Counted from the stretch's first letter, positions 23,271 to 34,679 are shown. The stretch: DNA of 39,347 nucleotides from Octopus bimaculoides (GCF_001194135.2 NC_068987.1:103109187-103148533); one strand, 5' to 3'. Program-made: numbers and translations. Notes: generated by a model not told the origin, from the letters alone.

Positions 23271-24494
23271 CATGCATGTTATGTTTGTATATGTATATTT
23301 AATTATGTATATACATACATACAGTTATATAGACATATACATGTACGTACACATAAATACATTTATATGTTTGCTGTATGTGTACACACTCACACATACA
23401 CGCACACACACACGCATATGTGTCTGTGTGCATGTGTCTGCGCGTAGAGAGAGGAGCAGAGAGAGGAAGAGAGAGAGAAGAAGAGAAATTCTACACGTAA
23501 ACAGACGCATATATGTTTGTGTATGTGTATGTATTTTTGGATGAATGTCTGATTGGATGGACGGTGCAAATATGTATGGCTGTATGTATGTATCGTTGTT
23601 GTATAGAAAGGAAGAACATTTCTTATAAAATGTACATTGTAACTCCAAAATTTCAGCTAAATTAAGTAATTACATATGCGATCGTCAGACAATTTACTTC
23701 ATCAACGTAAGTTTAACTTCCCCGACTTTGCTTTTTACACTATTAAGATTATAAGGAGTACAAATCTTAAACGATTAAAATAAGTTGCCTTCTTTCAGTT
23801 TTATATAATTCAAAGAATTGCATCTACAAACAAAAAGATATTTTATTTAGTAAACGAAATAAAATAAAAATAATTGAATAAAGTAAAAAAATCTTTGATA
23901 CTAATGGAATGAAAAAATATCTTTTAAAAATATGTTCGGGAAAGTATTTGAGAACTTTACGATTTAATTAGTATGAAAATCTAAAAATTATTAGTGAAGA
24001 GAAATTTTAACAATGGTATCTTAATTATACTATCTTTTATATATTCATTGTAGAGAGAGAGATGGTACGACATTGTTTAATTACATTAGTATTGGGCAGT
24101 CGAGAGGAAATACTGCTAAATATCATATCAAGTGAGACTTCATTGAGACGTAATCATCATCAAACTCGAATACAACCTGTCTTCTATATACAGCTGAGTA
24201 AAAAGAAAAATGTTCCCATTGATAAAACCCTTTAAATTCTGCTAATTTATTGAAAACAAAATTCAAAAATATTTTGGAAAACGAAGACATGTTATTTTTG
24301 AAAAAGTATTTTGTCATTACCCCATACAAAGCACACTTACCTTCTCATTTCACGCTTACTTTTCTAAAACCAACGAAACATCATCAAAAGCATTGCATTC
24401 CTCACCTCACGGGCACAAGGTGCCAGCCACATCAGGAACTGGATATGAATTAGACAGGTATATACAATTGACTACATTCATTACTAAATATAAA

Positions 24495-24566
<72 letters not shown>

Positions 24567-24721
24567 CAAAATGGAACAAGAACACGCAAGCAACGACAAT
24601 AAAACATTCGGACATATAGACGATGCGAAGTTGGACAGGATAAAACATGGACGGGTCATTCGCAGACTCTGTTCATCAGTCAAGTTATCAAATAATCCTC
24701 ACAGTTTCGGGCAGTTGATCG

Positions 24722-24857
24722 CTAACCACTACACACATTCTTTTCTCTCCTTGTTTCTTTCTGTGTTCCTTTCTGTGGAAGAGCGTAGGCTCGAAAAAGT
24801 TTAAGACTTTATCAATTCCCGAGCGTTATACTAATACATTTTTGTTTTCTACACCAC
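24722..24857 (+). mobile_element. Penelope-like terminal repeat, homologous to 14465-14610
   Basis: CTTTCTGTGGAAGAGCGTAGGCTCGAAA..GAGCGTTATACTAATACAT..CTACACCACC. Confidence 0.6.
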
Positions 24858-25551
24858 CCTAACCCTAATTCCTGGCTTTGGGAAAAGAAAATACAGGAGG
24901 ATCAGTTAATTATGATTTTATTCGAGATATTTGCCAGTTAGATTCGTACACTTATTGCAAAGGTCCTTCAATTTTTCTAAACCCTGTAAAAGAAATCAGA
25001 AGTTTTGACTCCAATCAGGCCTTAAAGCCAGGAAGTTTCCAGCACCCATTCTTATATCAAGCATCTCTCTCCTTCCTGGGAATACACTCTCCCTTGCCTC
25101 TCTCTCCCCTTCTCTCTCTTTCTTTCTCTAGCTGTCTGCCTCTTTGTCTCTGTCTCTCTGTCTTTGCATTTGTCTGTCTGTCTTTCTCTCTCTCTCTCCC
25201 TGTTTTCCTGCTTACCTGTCTGTCTCTTCTCTTTCTGTTCCCACAAACACATACAAACACATTACAAACACACAACTCGCAAACGTACATATACTCAATG
25301 TGAGCCTGTCTATTTACCGAGAGGGCCAAACTGTCGATCTCTTTCGTCTTTTAGTGGGATCCTACGCAGTTTCCTTCTCCCAAATCTCATTCCGAAGGCA
25401 TTGGACAAATGAAAGCTGTAAACAAACACATCTGCCAAAAATATCCTGCTTTTAACGATAACGCCATGATTGTAGCTAATGTGACTGACTATGTACATGT
25501 TCTTCCATGTGCGTGTCTGTGTGTCTGTCTGCGACTGAATGTGTATATAGG

Positions 25552-25552
<1 letters not shown>

Positions 25553-25598
<46 letters not shown>
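25553..25598. repeat. (GATA)n
   Basis: Read directly. Confidence 0.97.
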
Positions 25599-25614
25599 CA
25601 TAAGTAGCATACCA

Positions 25615-25867
25615 TCGATTACGACGTTGAGGGCTCCAAGTGATCCGATTATGAGAACAAACTTCTCGTAAAATTAATGTGTAAGTGGCTGAGCATTCCA
25701 CAGCACTAGTACCTCTAACGTAGTCTCTGGGAGATTCAGCGTAATACAGAATATGACAAGATAATAATTCTTTTTGCCAGCCGAGTGGACTGTAGCAACG
25801 TGGGAATCGAGCTCACAACTTAGAGATCGTGGGGCAAACACCCTAACCATTAAATCACGTGCCTTAC
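25615..25867 (-). mobile_element. SINE family D, internally deleted
   Basis: TTTTTGCCAGCCGAGTGGACTGTAGCAACGTG and GTGGCTGAGCATTCCACAG match 9020-9319. Confidence 0.7.
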
Positions 25868-26225
25868 TTTTTTACTCGTTTACTTGTTTCAGTCATTTGA
25901 CTGCGGCCATGCTGGAGCACCGCCTTTATAGTCTAAAAAATCGCCCCCAGAGGTTATACTTTGTAAGCCTAGTACTTATTCTATCGATATCTTTTGCCTA
26001 ACTGCTACGTTACGGGGAGGCAAACACACCAGCATTGGTTGTCAAGCGATGCTAGGGGGACAAACAGNNNNNNNNNNAGTTTCCGTCTACCAAATTCACT
26101 CACAAGGCTTTGGTCGGCCCAAGGCTATAGTAGAGGACACTTGCCCAAAGTGTCACGCAGTGGGACTGAACCCGGGACCATGTGGCTGGTAAGCACGCTA
26201 CTTATCACACACCCACTCCTACGCC
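25868..26225 (-). mobile_element. SINE family A, full length (10-N gap at its internal microsatellite)
   Basis: Tail GACTGCGGCCATGCTGGAGCACCGCC through head GGGACTGAACCCGG..CACTCCTACGCC on the plus strand. Confidence 0.9.
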
Positions 26226-26364
26226 CATTCGTAAACATATACACGCACACGCGCACACTCAAACATACATACACAACCGTGTGTGTGTGTGTGTACGCGC
26301 CCGTTCGTGCTTTTCTGTGTACTTACATATGTGTCTATGAAAATGTAAATAAATATTTATTATT

Positions 26365-26400
<36 letters not shown>

Positions 26401-26777
26401 GCTTGAAAGCTTGTATGAGTGTGTAGCGCCTTTGGGAAAAACGAGGAAGAGCCCAATAGCTAGTTTGAGAGGACATTGTTTTAGATGTTAGTTATTGCTG
26501 ATATTATCTTGCTACACATTGGGAATTAAGATTTAGACATGTCTTCCGCTTTACGTACATAAATCCAGTGATGTTAGAATGACTAAGAATGTTGTTGTTT
26601 TGGTTGAATTCTTCATGATATTTGATGGCTTTGTTCATTTTTCAAAACAGCTATATGTTCGCATACACACACACATATACACATACACACATACATACAC
26701 ACATGTGTATATACACAGACAAGCATCATACACAAACGCACACACACACACGCTCGCACACAGACACACACATATAT

Positions 26778-26818
<41 letters not shown>

Positions 26819-27178
26819 TGTATATATATATATATATGTATATATGTATATATATATATATATAAATATATATATATANNNNNNNNNNNNNNNNNNNNNN
26901 NNNNNNNNNNNNNNNNNNNNNNNNNNNNNNNNNNNNNNNNNNNNNNNNNNNNNNNNNNNNNNNNNNNNNNNNNNNNNNNNNNNNNNNNNNNNNNNNNNNN
27001 NNNNNNNNNNNNNNNNNNNNNNNNNNNNNNNNNNNNNNNNNNNNNNNNNNNNNNNNNNNNNNNNNNNNNNNNNNNNNNNNNNNNNNNNNNNNNNNNNNNN
27101 NNNNNNNNNNNNNNNNNNNNNNNNNNNNNNNNNNNNNNNNNNNNNNNNNNNNNNNNNNNNNNNNNNNNNNNNNNNNNN

Positions 27179-27210
<32 letters not shown>

Positions 27211-27837
27211 TGTATATATATATATGGGTGGTGTGTCTCTCCGTGTATGTGTCTTTATGAAAAGCAATTTAATATATATTTATATAAAACAATATAATCA
27301 GTGGATCTATTGATGTTCTGCGTCGGTAAACAGTAAGTGCAATAAATTCCCAAAGTGGAATATATTTTGCTGTGTGAAAATTTTTACTTCATTTCTGTTT
27401 ATTTGACCGTATTTTAAGTTTCTCAGTACACATCTCTGTATAAAGAATATTCTTGTTGTAGAAATGTATAAAATATTTTTTCATGTTTATTTTTTGTTTA
27501 CTTTAAGCATACTGCAAGGACGTACCAAAAGTTGGATCTTATATGTCGTCGCAAGATCTGCTTTAAATAGCAGGCATATTGCTTTCAAATCATATTACAA
27601 TGAATTGGTGTTGACAACGGTTCGAAAATAAGTAGATTAATACTCACGTTGAAAAATAATCCCTCATCTACGTTGGAGCGTTCTCAGCGGAACTGCTTTA
27701 CGCATGATCATTGAATTAATGGTCAATGGATCATCGGCGTCACAAGATACCACACAAAGGCGATCATTGGTTAACAATAACAACAACAACAACCATAATA
27801 ATAATACTACTAATACTACTACAAATAACAATGGTTT

Positions 27838-28007
27838 AAAATTTTGGCACATGGTCAGCAATTTCGGGGAAGAGGTTAAATCGAATACATCGACCTCAGT
27901 GATTGACTGGTACTTATTTTATCAATTCCAAAGGGATGAAAGGCACAATTGCCCATAGCTGAATTTGAACTCAGAACGTAAAAACAGACGAAGCCCCGCT
28001 AAGCATT

Positions 28008-28008
<1 letters not shown>
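27838..28008 (-). mobile_element. SINE family B, head truncated at (AAT)n
   Basis: ATTTTGGCACATGGTCAGCAATTTCGGGG..GGATGAAAGGC..GAATTTGAACTCAGAACGTA; the A-box segment is missing. Confidence 0.85.
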
Positions 28009-28067
<59 letters not shown>

Positions 28068-28207
28068 AAGAAGAAGAAGAAGAAGAAGAAGAAGAAGAAG
28101 AAGAAGAAGAAGAAGAAGAAGAAGAAGAAGAAGAAGAAGAAGAAGAAGAAGAAGAAGAAGAAGAAGAAGAAGAAGAAGAAGAAGAAGAAGAAGAAGAAGA
28201 AGAAGAA
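28009..28207. repeat. (AAT)n(AAG)n compound microsatellite
   Basis: Read directly: about 10 AAT units then about 56 AAG units. Confidence 0.98.
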
Positions 28208-28708
28208 CTGAGCAAGTATAAAGATCTTGAAATAGAAAATGGCAAAATGTGGAGCCTCAAAGACTAAAAACAATACCTGTTGTCATAGTTGCCCTAGGAA
28301 TGATAGCAAAAGCGGCTGATTGCTACCTAGATCAGATACCAGGAAAACCCAGAATGGAGGAAATTAGCAAAATAGTGCTTGTGGGAACTGCCCGTATGCT
28401 ACATAAATTATTGTCCATGTAACACCAAAAATATTTTAATCCGCAAACAGTGTCAAAATACATTTAAATGTAATAAAAGCAAACACCTTTCACTGTCATC
28501 TTAACATTATATTATCATCTTCTAATCAAATTAATTTGAAAACAAACTTCTAATTTACTTATGTTTTGACAGATATTCTCTAGAACAATACTCTGTACAA
28601 AACAAAATATATGGTATCCTAGTCATAACATCAACATGAACTTCTAACTTTTTATCTCTTGAGAACTCTGGGCTAGACTAACTTGTACAAATATAAATCA
28701 AAAGCCAA
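28204..28708 (+). mobile_element. R4/Dong-like LINE subfamily 1: 5'-truncated 3' end (RLE C-terminus plus 3' UTR)
   Basis: ELSKYKDLEIENGKMWSL/KTKTIPVVIVALGMIAKAADCYLDQIPGKPRMEEISKIVLVGTARMLHKLLSM* (stop at 28420-22), then a ~280-bp AT-rich 3' UTR. Confidence 0.85.
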
Positions 28709-29108
28709 AGGAAGCCAGACATAGTCTTAATTGAGAAAGAAAACAAACTATGCTGGATCATAGATATAGTATGCCCAGCTGACAACAAGGTATGCGATAA
28801 GGAAGAAAGAAAAGTCGATAGCTATGACAGGTTAGCTTGGGAGGTTAAGCAGGTGTGGTCGATGAAAAAGGGTGGTAGTAGTACTAATAATCGTCGGAGC
28901 CCTGGGAACAGTGAGCAAACATCTCGAGAAGTACGTGGAATAAATAGGGGCTGCAATAAGGGTAGAGCACCTGCAGAAAACAGCACTGCTTGGAACCGCT
29001 CGAGTACTCCGGAAGGTGCGCGAAAAATAAGAGCTGTTACCTTAGTTCACTGGTAGGGGACAGCTGACACTATTGTATATCTCCAGCGTTAGAAGCTGTG
29101 CAAAGGCA
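28700..29108 (+). mobile_element. R4/Dong-like LINE subfamily 2: 5'-truncated 3' end with the PD-(D/E)xK endonuclease motif
   Basis: RKPDIVLIEKENKLCWIIDIVCPADNKVCDKEERKVDSYDRLAWEVKQVWSMKK/VVVVLIIVGALGTVSKHLEKYVE*IGAAIRVEHLQKTALLGTARVLRKVREK* (stop at 29028-30). (ATG/AAT)n tail at 29109-29204. Confidence 0.88.
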
Positions 29109-29138
29109 ATGATGAAGATGATGGTGAAGATGATGATG

Positions 29139-29181
<43 letters not shown>

Positions 29182-29205
29182 TGATGATGATGATAATGAT
29201 GATAA

Positions 29206-29340
29206 CGTTTTCTTTATTGACCACATGGGCCTACATAGAACATACAGGGACGCAAATACAAACGCACAAACGGAAGGGTTTACCGACCAATCATATAAAG
29301 CAATAACAAAAATTAATAATAAAATTAAATAAATATAGGT
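29206..29340 (-). mobile_element. Probable Tx1-like 3' terminus
   Basis: TTTATTGACCACATGGGC..GGGACGCAAATACAA resembles the termini at 15750 (TTTATTAGCCACACAGGGC..GGGACAAATACAA) and 37513. Confidence 0.5.
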
Positions 29341-29343
29341 GCT

Positions 29344-29747
29344 GGCGTGGTTGTGTTGTAAGAAGCTTGCTTACCATCCACATGGTTCCGGGTTCAGTCC
29401 CACTGCTTGACATCTTGTGCAAGTGTCTTCTACTATAGCCTTGCCACGACCAAAGCCTTCTGAGTTAATTTGGTAGACGGAATCTGAAAGAAGCGCGTCG
29501 TATATATGTATATATATGTGTGTTTGTGTATCTGTGTTTGCCCCCCCCCCACCACCACCACCCATCATCGCTTCACAACCAATGTTGGTGTGTTTACGTC
29601 CCCGTAACTTAGCGGATCGGCAAAAGATTACGATAGAATAAGTACTAGGCTTACAAAGAATAAATCCTGGGGTTAATTCGTTCGACTAGAGGCAGTGCTC
29701 CAGCAGGGCCGCAGTCAAATCACTAAAAGAAGTAAAAGAATAAAAGA
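29344..29747 (+). mobile_element. SINE family A, full length with internal (TA/TG)n
   Basis: Head GGCGTGGTTGTGTTGTAAG..GGGTTCAGTCCC, internal microsatellite, tail GCAGTGCTCCAGCAGGGCCGCAGTC..AAAAGAATAAAAGA. Confidence 0.92.
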
Positions 29748-29749
29748 AA

Positions 29750-30127
29750 AATGCAACTCCCCAATAGTGGGGGAGACGCCCAAGGGAAAACCGTCCAAGC
29801 CCCACAGAAAATCACGGTTTCCCTGACCCCTTAAGCAATTGCCTTCCTCTCCCGCTTATTCCACTCGGAAGCGCATGTTCAGAGTAGGCCCGTTCACAGG
29901 AACTATGCTCACCACTCTCTTTCACCTTTGCTAGAAGGGAGTACCTCCCTCTCCACTTTGATCTGCCTCTGAAAAAGTTGATCGGAGAGTAACCAGAGAG
30001 GAATGTTCCTGTTTTCAGCTCTTTCAGTTTTGTCCACCACACAACCTCTTTCGCCATGGCCACCAGGCAGATGAAAACCGCCCGGCCTTCCCGACCAAAG
30101 AATGAGAACGCAGCAATCTTGACAATA
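29750..30127 (-). mobile_element. L1/Tx1-clade LINE fragment (ORF2 extreme C-terminus plus part of the UTR)
   Basis: IVKIAAFSFFGREGRAVFICLVAMAKEVVWWTKLKELKTGTFLSG.. is clearly homologous to LNREGKAVFIILVAMVKECVWWTR at 16056-16150. Confidence 0.85.
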
Positions 30128-30387
30128 ACAATAATTACAAGCAACTCGAAATATTGTACATAGATGTAGTCATATGTTTAGCAAGTTCTTTGGTAATACC
30201 GTAGTTCAAATTTCGATACTTGCGCTCGGTGACTTGTCAGTAAACTTTGATACACGGACGCTGTTGAAAACCAACGAGAGATGACAGCGCCGGTGTGTGG
30301 AACAAAAATTCATTGTTGCTGTCGAATAACTGCAACTAATAAAAGATTGTAAGGGTGTAACTATATGTGGATGATACTATTGCATGT

Positions 30388-31084
30388 GTGGAGGCGCAAT
30401 GGCCCAGTGGTTAGGGCAGCGGACTCGCAATCATAGGATCGCGGTTTCGATTTCCAGACCGGGCGTTGTGAGTGTTTATTGAGCGNNNNNNNNNNNNNNN
30501 NNNNNNNNNNNNNNNNNNNNNNNNNNNNNNNNNNNNNNNNNNNNNNNNNNNNNNNNNNNNNNNNNNNNNNNNNNNNNNNNNNNNNNNNNNNNNNNNNNNN
30601 NNNNNNNNNNNNNNNNNNNNNNNNNNNNNNNNNNNNNNNNNNNNNNNNNNNNNNNNNNNNNNNNNNNNNNNNNNNNNNNNNNNNNNNNNNNNNNNNNNNN
30701 NNNNNNNNNNNNNNNNNNNNNNNNNNNNNNNNNNNNNNNNNNNNNNNNNNNNNNNNNNNNNNNNNNNNNNNNNNNNNNNNNNNNNNNNNNNNNNNNNNNN
30801 NNNNNNNNNNNNNNNNNNNNNNNCGAGACTCCGGCAGAGGATGCTGGCGAACCCTGCTGTATTCTTTCGCCACAAGTTTCTCTTACTCTTACTCCCTGTT
30901 TCTGTTGTGCCTGTAATTCAAAAGGTCAGCCTTGTCACGCTGAATATCCCCGAGAACTACGTTAAGGGTACACATGTCTGTGGAGTGCTCAGCCACTTGC
31001 ACGTTAATTTCATGAGCAGGCTGTTCCGTTGATCTGATCAACTGGAACCCTCGACGTCGTAAGCGACGGAGTGCCAACAACAAC
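30388..31084 (+). mobile_element. SINE family C, full length, spanning an N-gap
   Basis: tRNA-like head at 30388-30485 matches the head of the 3870-4113 copy. The body resumes at 30824 and ends GACGGAGTGCCAACAACAAC. Confidence 0.85.
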
Positions 31085-33038
31085 TGTTGAATGTACCAAA
31101 TTTAAACCTCATGTCTAAACAATTAGGGAAACAGATATATCGGAGACAAAATTGAACGTCACTTCAAATTTTATAAATGACCCAAAGGAATTAAAGTTAT
31201 ATAATATAACATGGAAGAATAATTTGCTTTCATTTATTTATAGAAAAATCTACTTCAATACAGAATGTATTCCTAGATATTAAAACTGGGTAGAAAAGCA
31301 CGAAAGTTGTGAAAAGGTCATGATTGTGATCCATTGCGTTTCAATCACAAAATTGTTCATGGTAAAACAATAAATAGATTCGGTTATCATATAAATTGTC
31401 TATTATCAATTAATTCATAAAATGTATGGAAACGTCACGTAATTTTTAGCGTATCTAATTACCAATTCCAGAAATTTTAATCTGCACACTGACTGAAGTA
31501 TATGTGTGATGACATACGTGTATAGACGCATAAACACACGTACGCACACTCAAACACACACACACACGCACACACAAAAACAGACACGCACGCATGCACA
31601 CACAAACACACACACATATGTGTGAGTGAGTTTATGTATATATGTGTGTGTGTGTGAGAGAGAGAACATTTAATGGGTTCTACATCACCTACGCCCACAA
31701 TATCTTATTTAATGTGGAGCTGAATCAAACTATTATTAAACATGTGTTATTAAATAAGTATTATCTATGTATATGTACCTATTATGGATATGTGTGGTGT
31801 GTGGGTGTATGCGTGTACATATATATATATATATAATACTTATTTAATAACAGATCNNNNNNNNNNNNNNNNNNNNNNNNNNNNNNNNNNNNNNNNNNNN
31901 NNNNNNNNNNNNNNNNNNNNNNNNNNNNNNNNNNNNNNNNNNNNNNNNNNNNNNNNNNNNNNNNNNNNNNNNNNNNNNNNNNNNNNNNNNNNNNNNNNNN
32001 NNNNNNNNNNNNNNNNNNNNNNNNNNNNNNNNNNNNNNNNNNNNNNNNNNNNNNNNNNNNNNNNNNNNNNNNNNNNNNNNNNNNNNNNNNNNNNNNNNNN
32101 NNNNNNNNNNNNNNNNNNNNNNNNNNNNNNNNNNNNNNNNNNNNNNNNNNNNNNNNNNNNNNNNNNNNNNNNNNNNNNNNNNNNNNNNNNNNNNNNNNNN
32201 NNNNNNNNNNNNNNNNNNNNNNNNNNNNNNNNNNNNNNNNNNNNNNNNNNNNNNNNNNNNNNNNNNNNNNNNNNNNNNNNNNNNNNNNNNNNNNNNNNNN
32301 NNNNNNNNNNNNNNNNNNNNNNNNNNNNNNNNNNNNNNNNNNNNNNNNNNNNNNNNNNNNNNNNNNNNNNNNNNNNNNNNNNNNNNNNNNNNNNNNNNNN
32401 NNNNNNNNNNNNNNNNNNNNNNNNNNNNNNNNATATATATATATATATATACACGTTAATTCATTCTTTTAAGTTCGACTCCACTTAGTTGATTACGGCT
32501 ATGCTGGCGCAACAACTTTATGATTCAGTCGATCACATTCACTCTCAGTTCTTCTTTTAATCTGAAAAAAAAAATTACCAAATTCTTTTTGTCAAAGCAC
32601 TCATTATGAAATGTAAAGAGTCGCGATGCCAGCGCCTTATTAATGACAACGTCTTTTGACGTAGTCTGAATTCATAACGTTGATATCACAGTATCTGTTC
32701 ATCTTGTTATCAGAACCAAACATTTGTAATGAGAGTCTGTTCTTTCTGCGCTTTGCAGTATATCTGAAAGTATCATGGGAAATCTTATAAAAATGCTTTA
32801 CTCATCAGCTCCGGATTCAAAATTATTCAACGGGTAGATCGTGGTATATATGTCAGAATTTATTTTACACGTTATCTCTCTGTTCCTTTATCATTTGCAA
32901 CTGACTGGAAAGTACTCAAATGATAAGGGACGTTACCATCACATTCATTCTGTTAAAGAAAAGGATGGAACTTGTAACTTGAGTTGTAGATTTCAGTGCG
33001 TTATTGCTCTAAATTATAACCGTATAACGAAACTTTTA

Positions 33039-33602
33039 CACGCAGTTTGATCAAAGCGTATCGGGACTGTTTCTATGGTGATGGAGCTAAAATACACAGA
33101 GTAAGGCTGCTTTCCTCAGAGAAACCTCGAACTCTGTCGCACATGCACACTGTTTTAACGTCGTCTTCTTCCATTATTTATAGCAGTGCTTGAATAAAAA
33201 CTATGCAGATGGTGGTCGTCTCATGAAGAAGATCGGGTTTCAGCTGCGCAGGATCCCCTTAATTATGTCGATGAAAACAGTCACAACAGATGACGAACAT
33301 GTGGTTCGTTGCATATGACCCTAACCCTAATCCTAACCCTCACCCGAAAACAAGGTAGAAATAATTTCCCTCTTGAAAGGAACAAGATATGAAGACGTCG
33401 AGGACATGCAAGAGAATGCGATGAGACAGTTGTTCGCTATCCCGAAAAAGGGTTTCCAGAAATGCTTTCCTCAATGGAAACGATGCCGGATAAAGTGTGT
33501 GGCTTCAGAAGGGGACAATTCGAAGGAGATTAAATGCCGAATTGTTGTGTATTGCTTTCGTCTTGTAGCACCAGCCGCGATACTTTTAAAGCAAACTTCC
33601 TA
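33039..33602 (+). mobile_element. Mariner (DD34D-type) remnant with large internal deletions
   Basis: Imperfect TIRs (GCAGTTTGATCAAAGCGTATCGGGA / GCGATACTTTTAAAGCAAACTTC). TDDE(TW)..YDP remnant, and C-terminal LKGTRYEDVEDMQENAMRQLFAIPKKGFQKCFPQWK..KCVASEGD. Confidence 0.8.
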
Positions 33603-33690
33603 CGATCTTTATTCAAAACAGATGAAACTCTAACACAGTGATATTTTTAATAAATCCTGGGAGAAGCGAACATTTGCATTTACACAATTA

Positions 33691-34125
33691 GGCGCAGGCG
33701 TGGCTGTGTGGTAAGAAGCTTGCTTTCCAACTATGTTGTTCCAGGTGCAGTCCCACTGCATGTGACCTTGGGCAAGTGTCTTCTACTGTAGCTTCGGGCC
33801 GAGCAAAAGCTTGTTAGTACATTTATTAGACGGAAATTAAAAGAAGCCCCTCGTGTATATGTGTGTGTGTGTGTGTGTATTTATGTGTGTGTATTTATGT
33901 GTGTGTGTGCGACTGTTTTTTTCCGTCCCCGCGCCATTGCTTTACAACCGATGCAGTTGTGTTTATGTACCCTCAACTTAGCAGTCCGGCGACAAAAATC
34001 AATAGAATAAGTACTGAGATTACAAAGAATAAGTCCTGGCGTCGATTTCTTCGACTCAGACCATTTAAGGCGGTGCTCCAGCATGACCGCACTCAAACGT
34101 TCGAAATAAATAAGAGAATAAAAGA
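33691..34125 (+). mobile_element. SINE family A, full length
   Basis: GGCGCAGGCGTGGCTGTGTGGTAAGAAGCTTG..ACCTTGGGCAAGTGTC..(TG)n..GGCGGTGCTCCAGCATG..AATAAAAGA. Confidence 0.92.
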
Positions 34126-34154
34126 CTAAAAGAATTAATCTTTGTTTATAGATA

Positions 34155-34192
<38 letters not shown>

Positions 34193-34679
34193 TGTGTGCG
34201 TGTGTGTGTATGTGTGCGTTAGTGTGTGTGTGTGTGTGTGTGTGTGGTGTGTAAAGAGAATCTCGTCAATTTTTCTGAGAGTTTCTAACTTCTGTTCTAA
34301 GTTTTCTTCCTACTTTATATATTTCTGTGGCCTTTGTGTGTATGAACATAAACCGGGCTTAGTGTTTACACACACACACACACATGCACACACACACGCA
34401 CACACACACATACACGCACACAAACACACACACACACTCACACACATACACACACAAACACATGCATACATGCACGCACACTTGCATGCGCATGCACGCA
34501 CTCACACATAGCATTGAAACGGATTTCGTGATTGGATTACGTCTGTGTGTGTGGCGTGTGTGCGTACAGCGTTATAATCGTGGTGGTGNNNNNNNNNNNN
34601 NNNNNNNNNNNNNNNNNNNNNNNNNNNNNNNNNNNNNNNNNNNNNNNNNNNNNNNNNNNNNNNNNNNNNNNNNNNNNNN

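Noticed and set aside
19715-24363. Micro-exon-like AG...GTAAGT pairs (19715-19746 plus; 24341-24363 minus)
   Set aside because: Such pairs are expected by chance in AT-rich DNA, and there is no peptide homology or phase-consistent neighbour.
30388-30470. tRNA-like sequence
   Set aside because: It continues into a SINE body and recurs at 4030-4113, so it is a SINE head and not a tRNA gene.
30486-30823. Apparent 338-bp insertion in SINE-C
   Set aside because: It is an N-gap. Comparison with the 3870-4113 copy suggests only ~20 bp are missing, so the gap size is probably overestimated.
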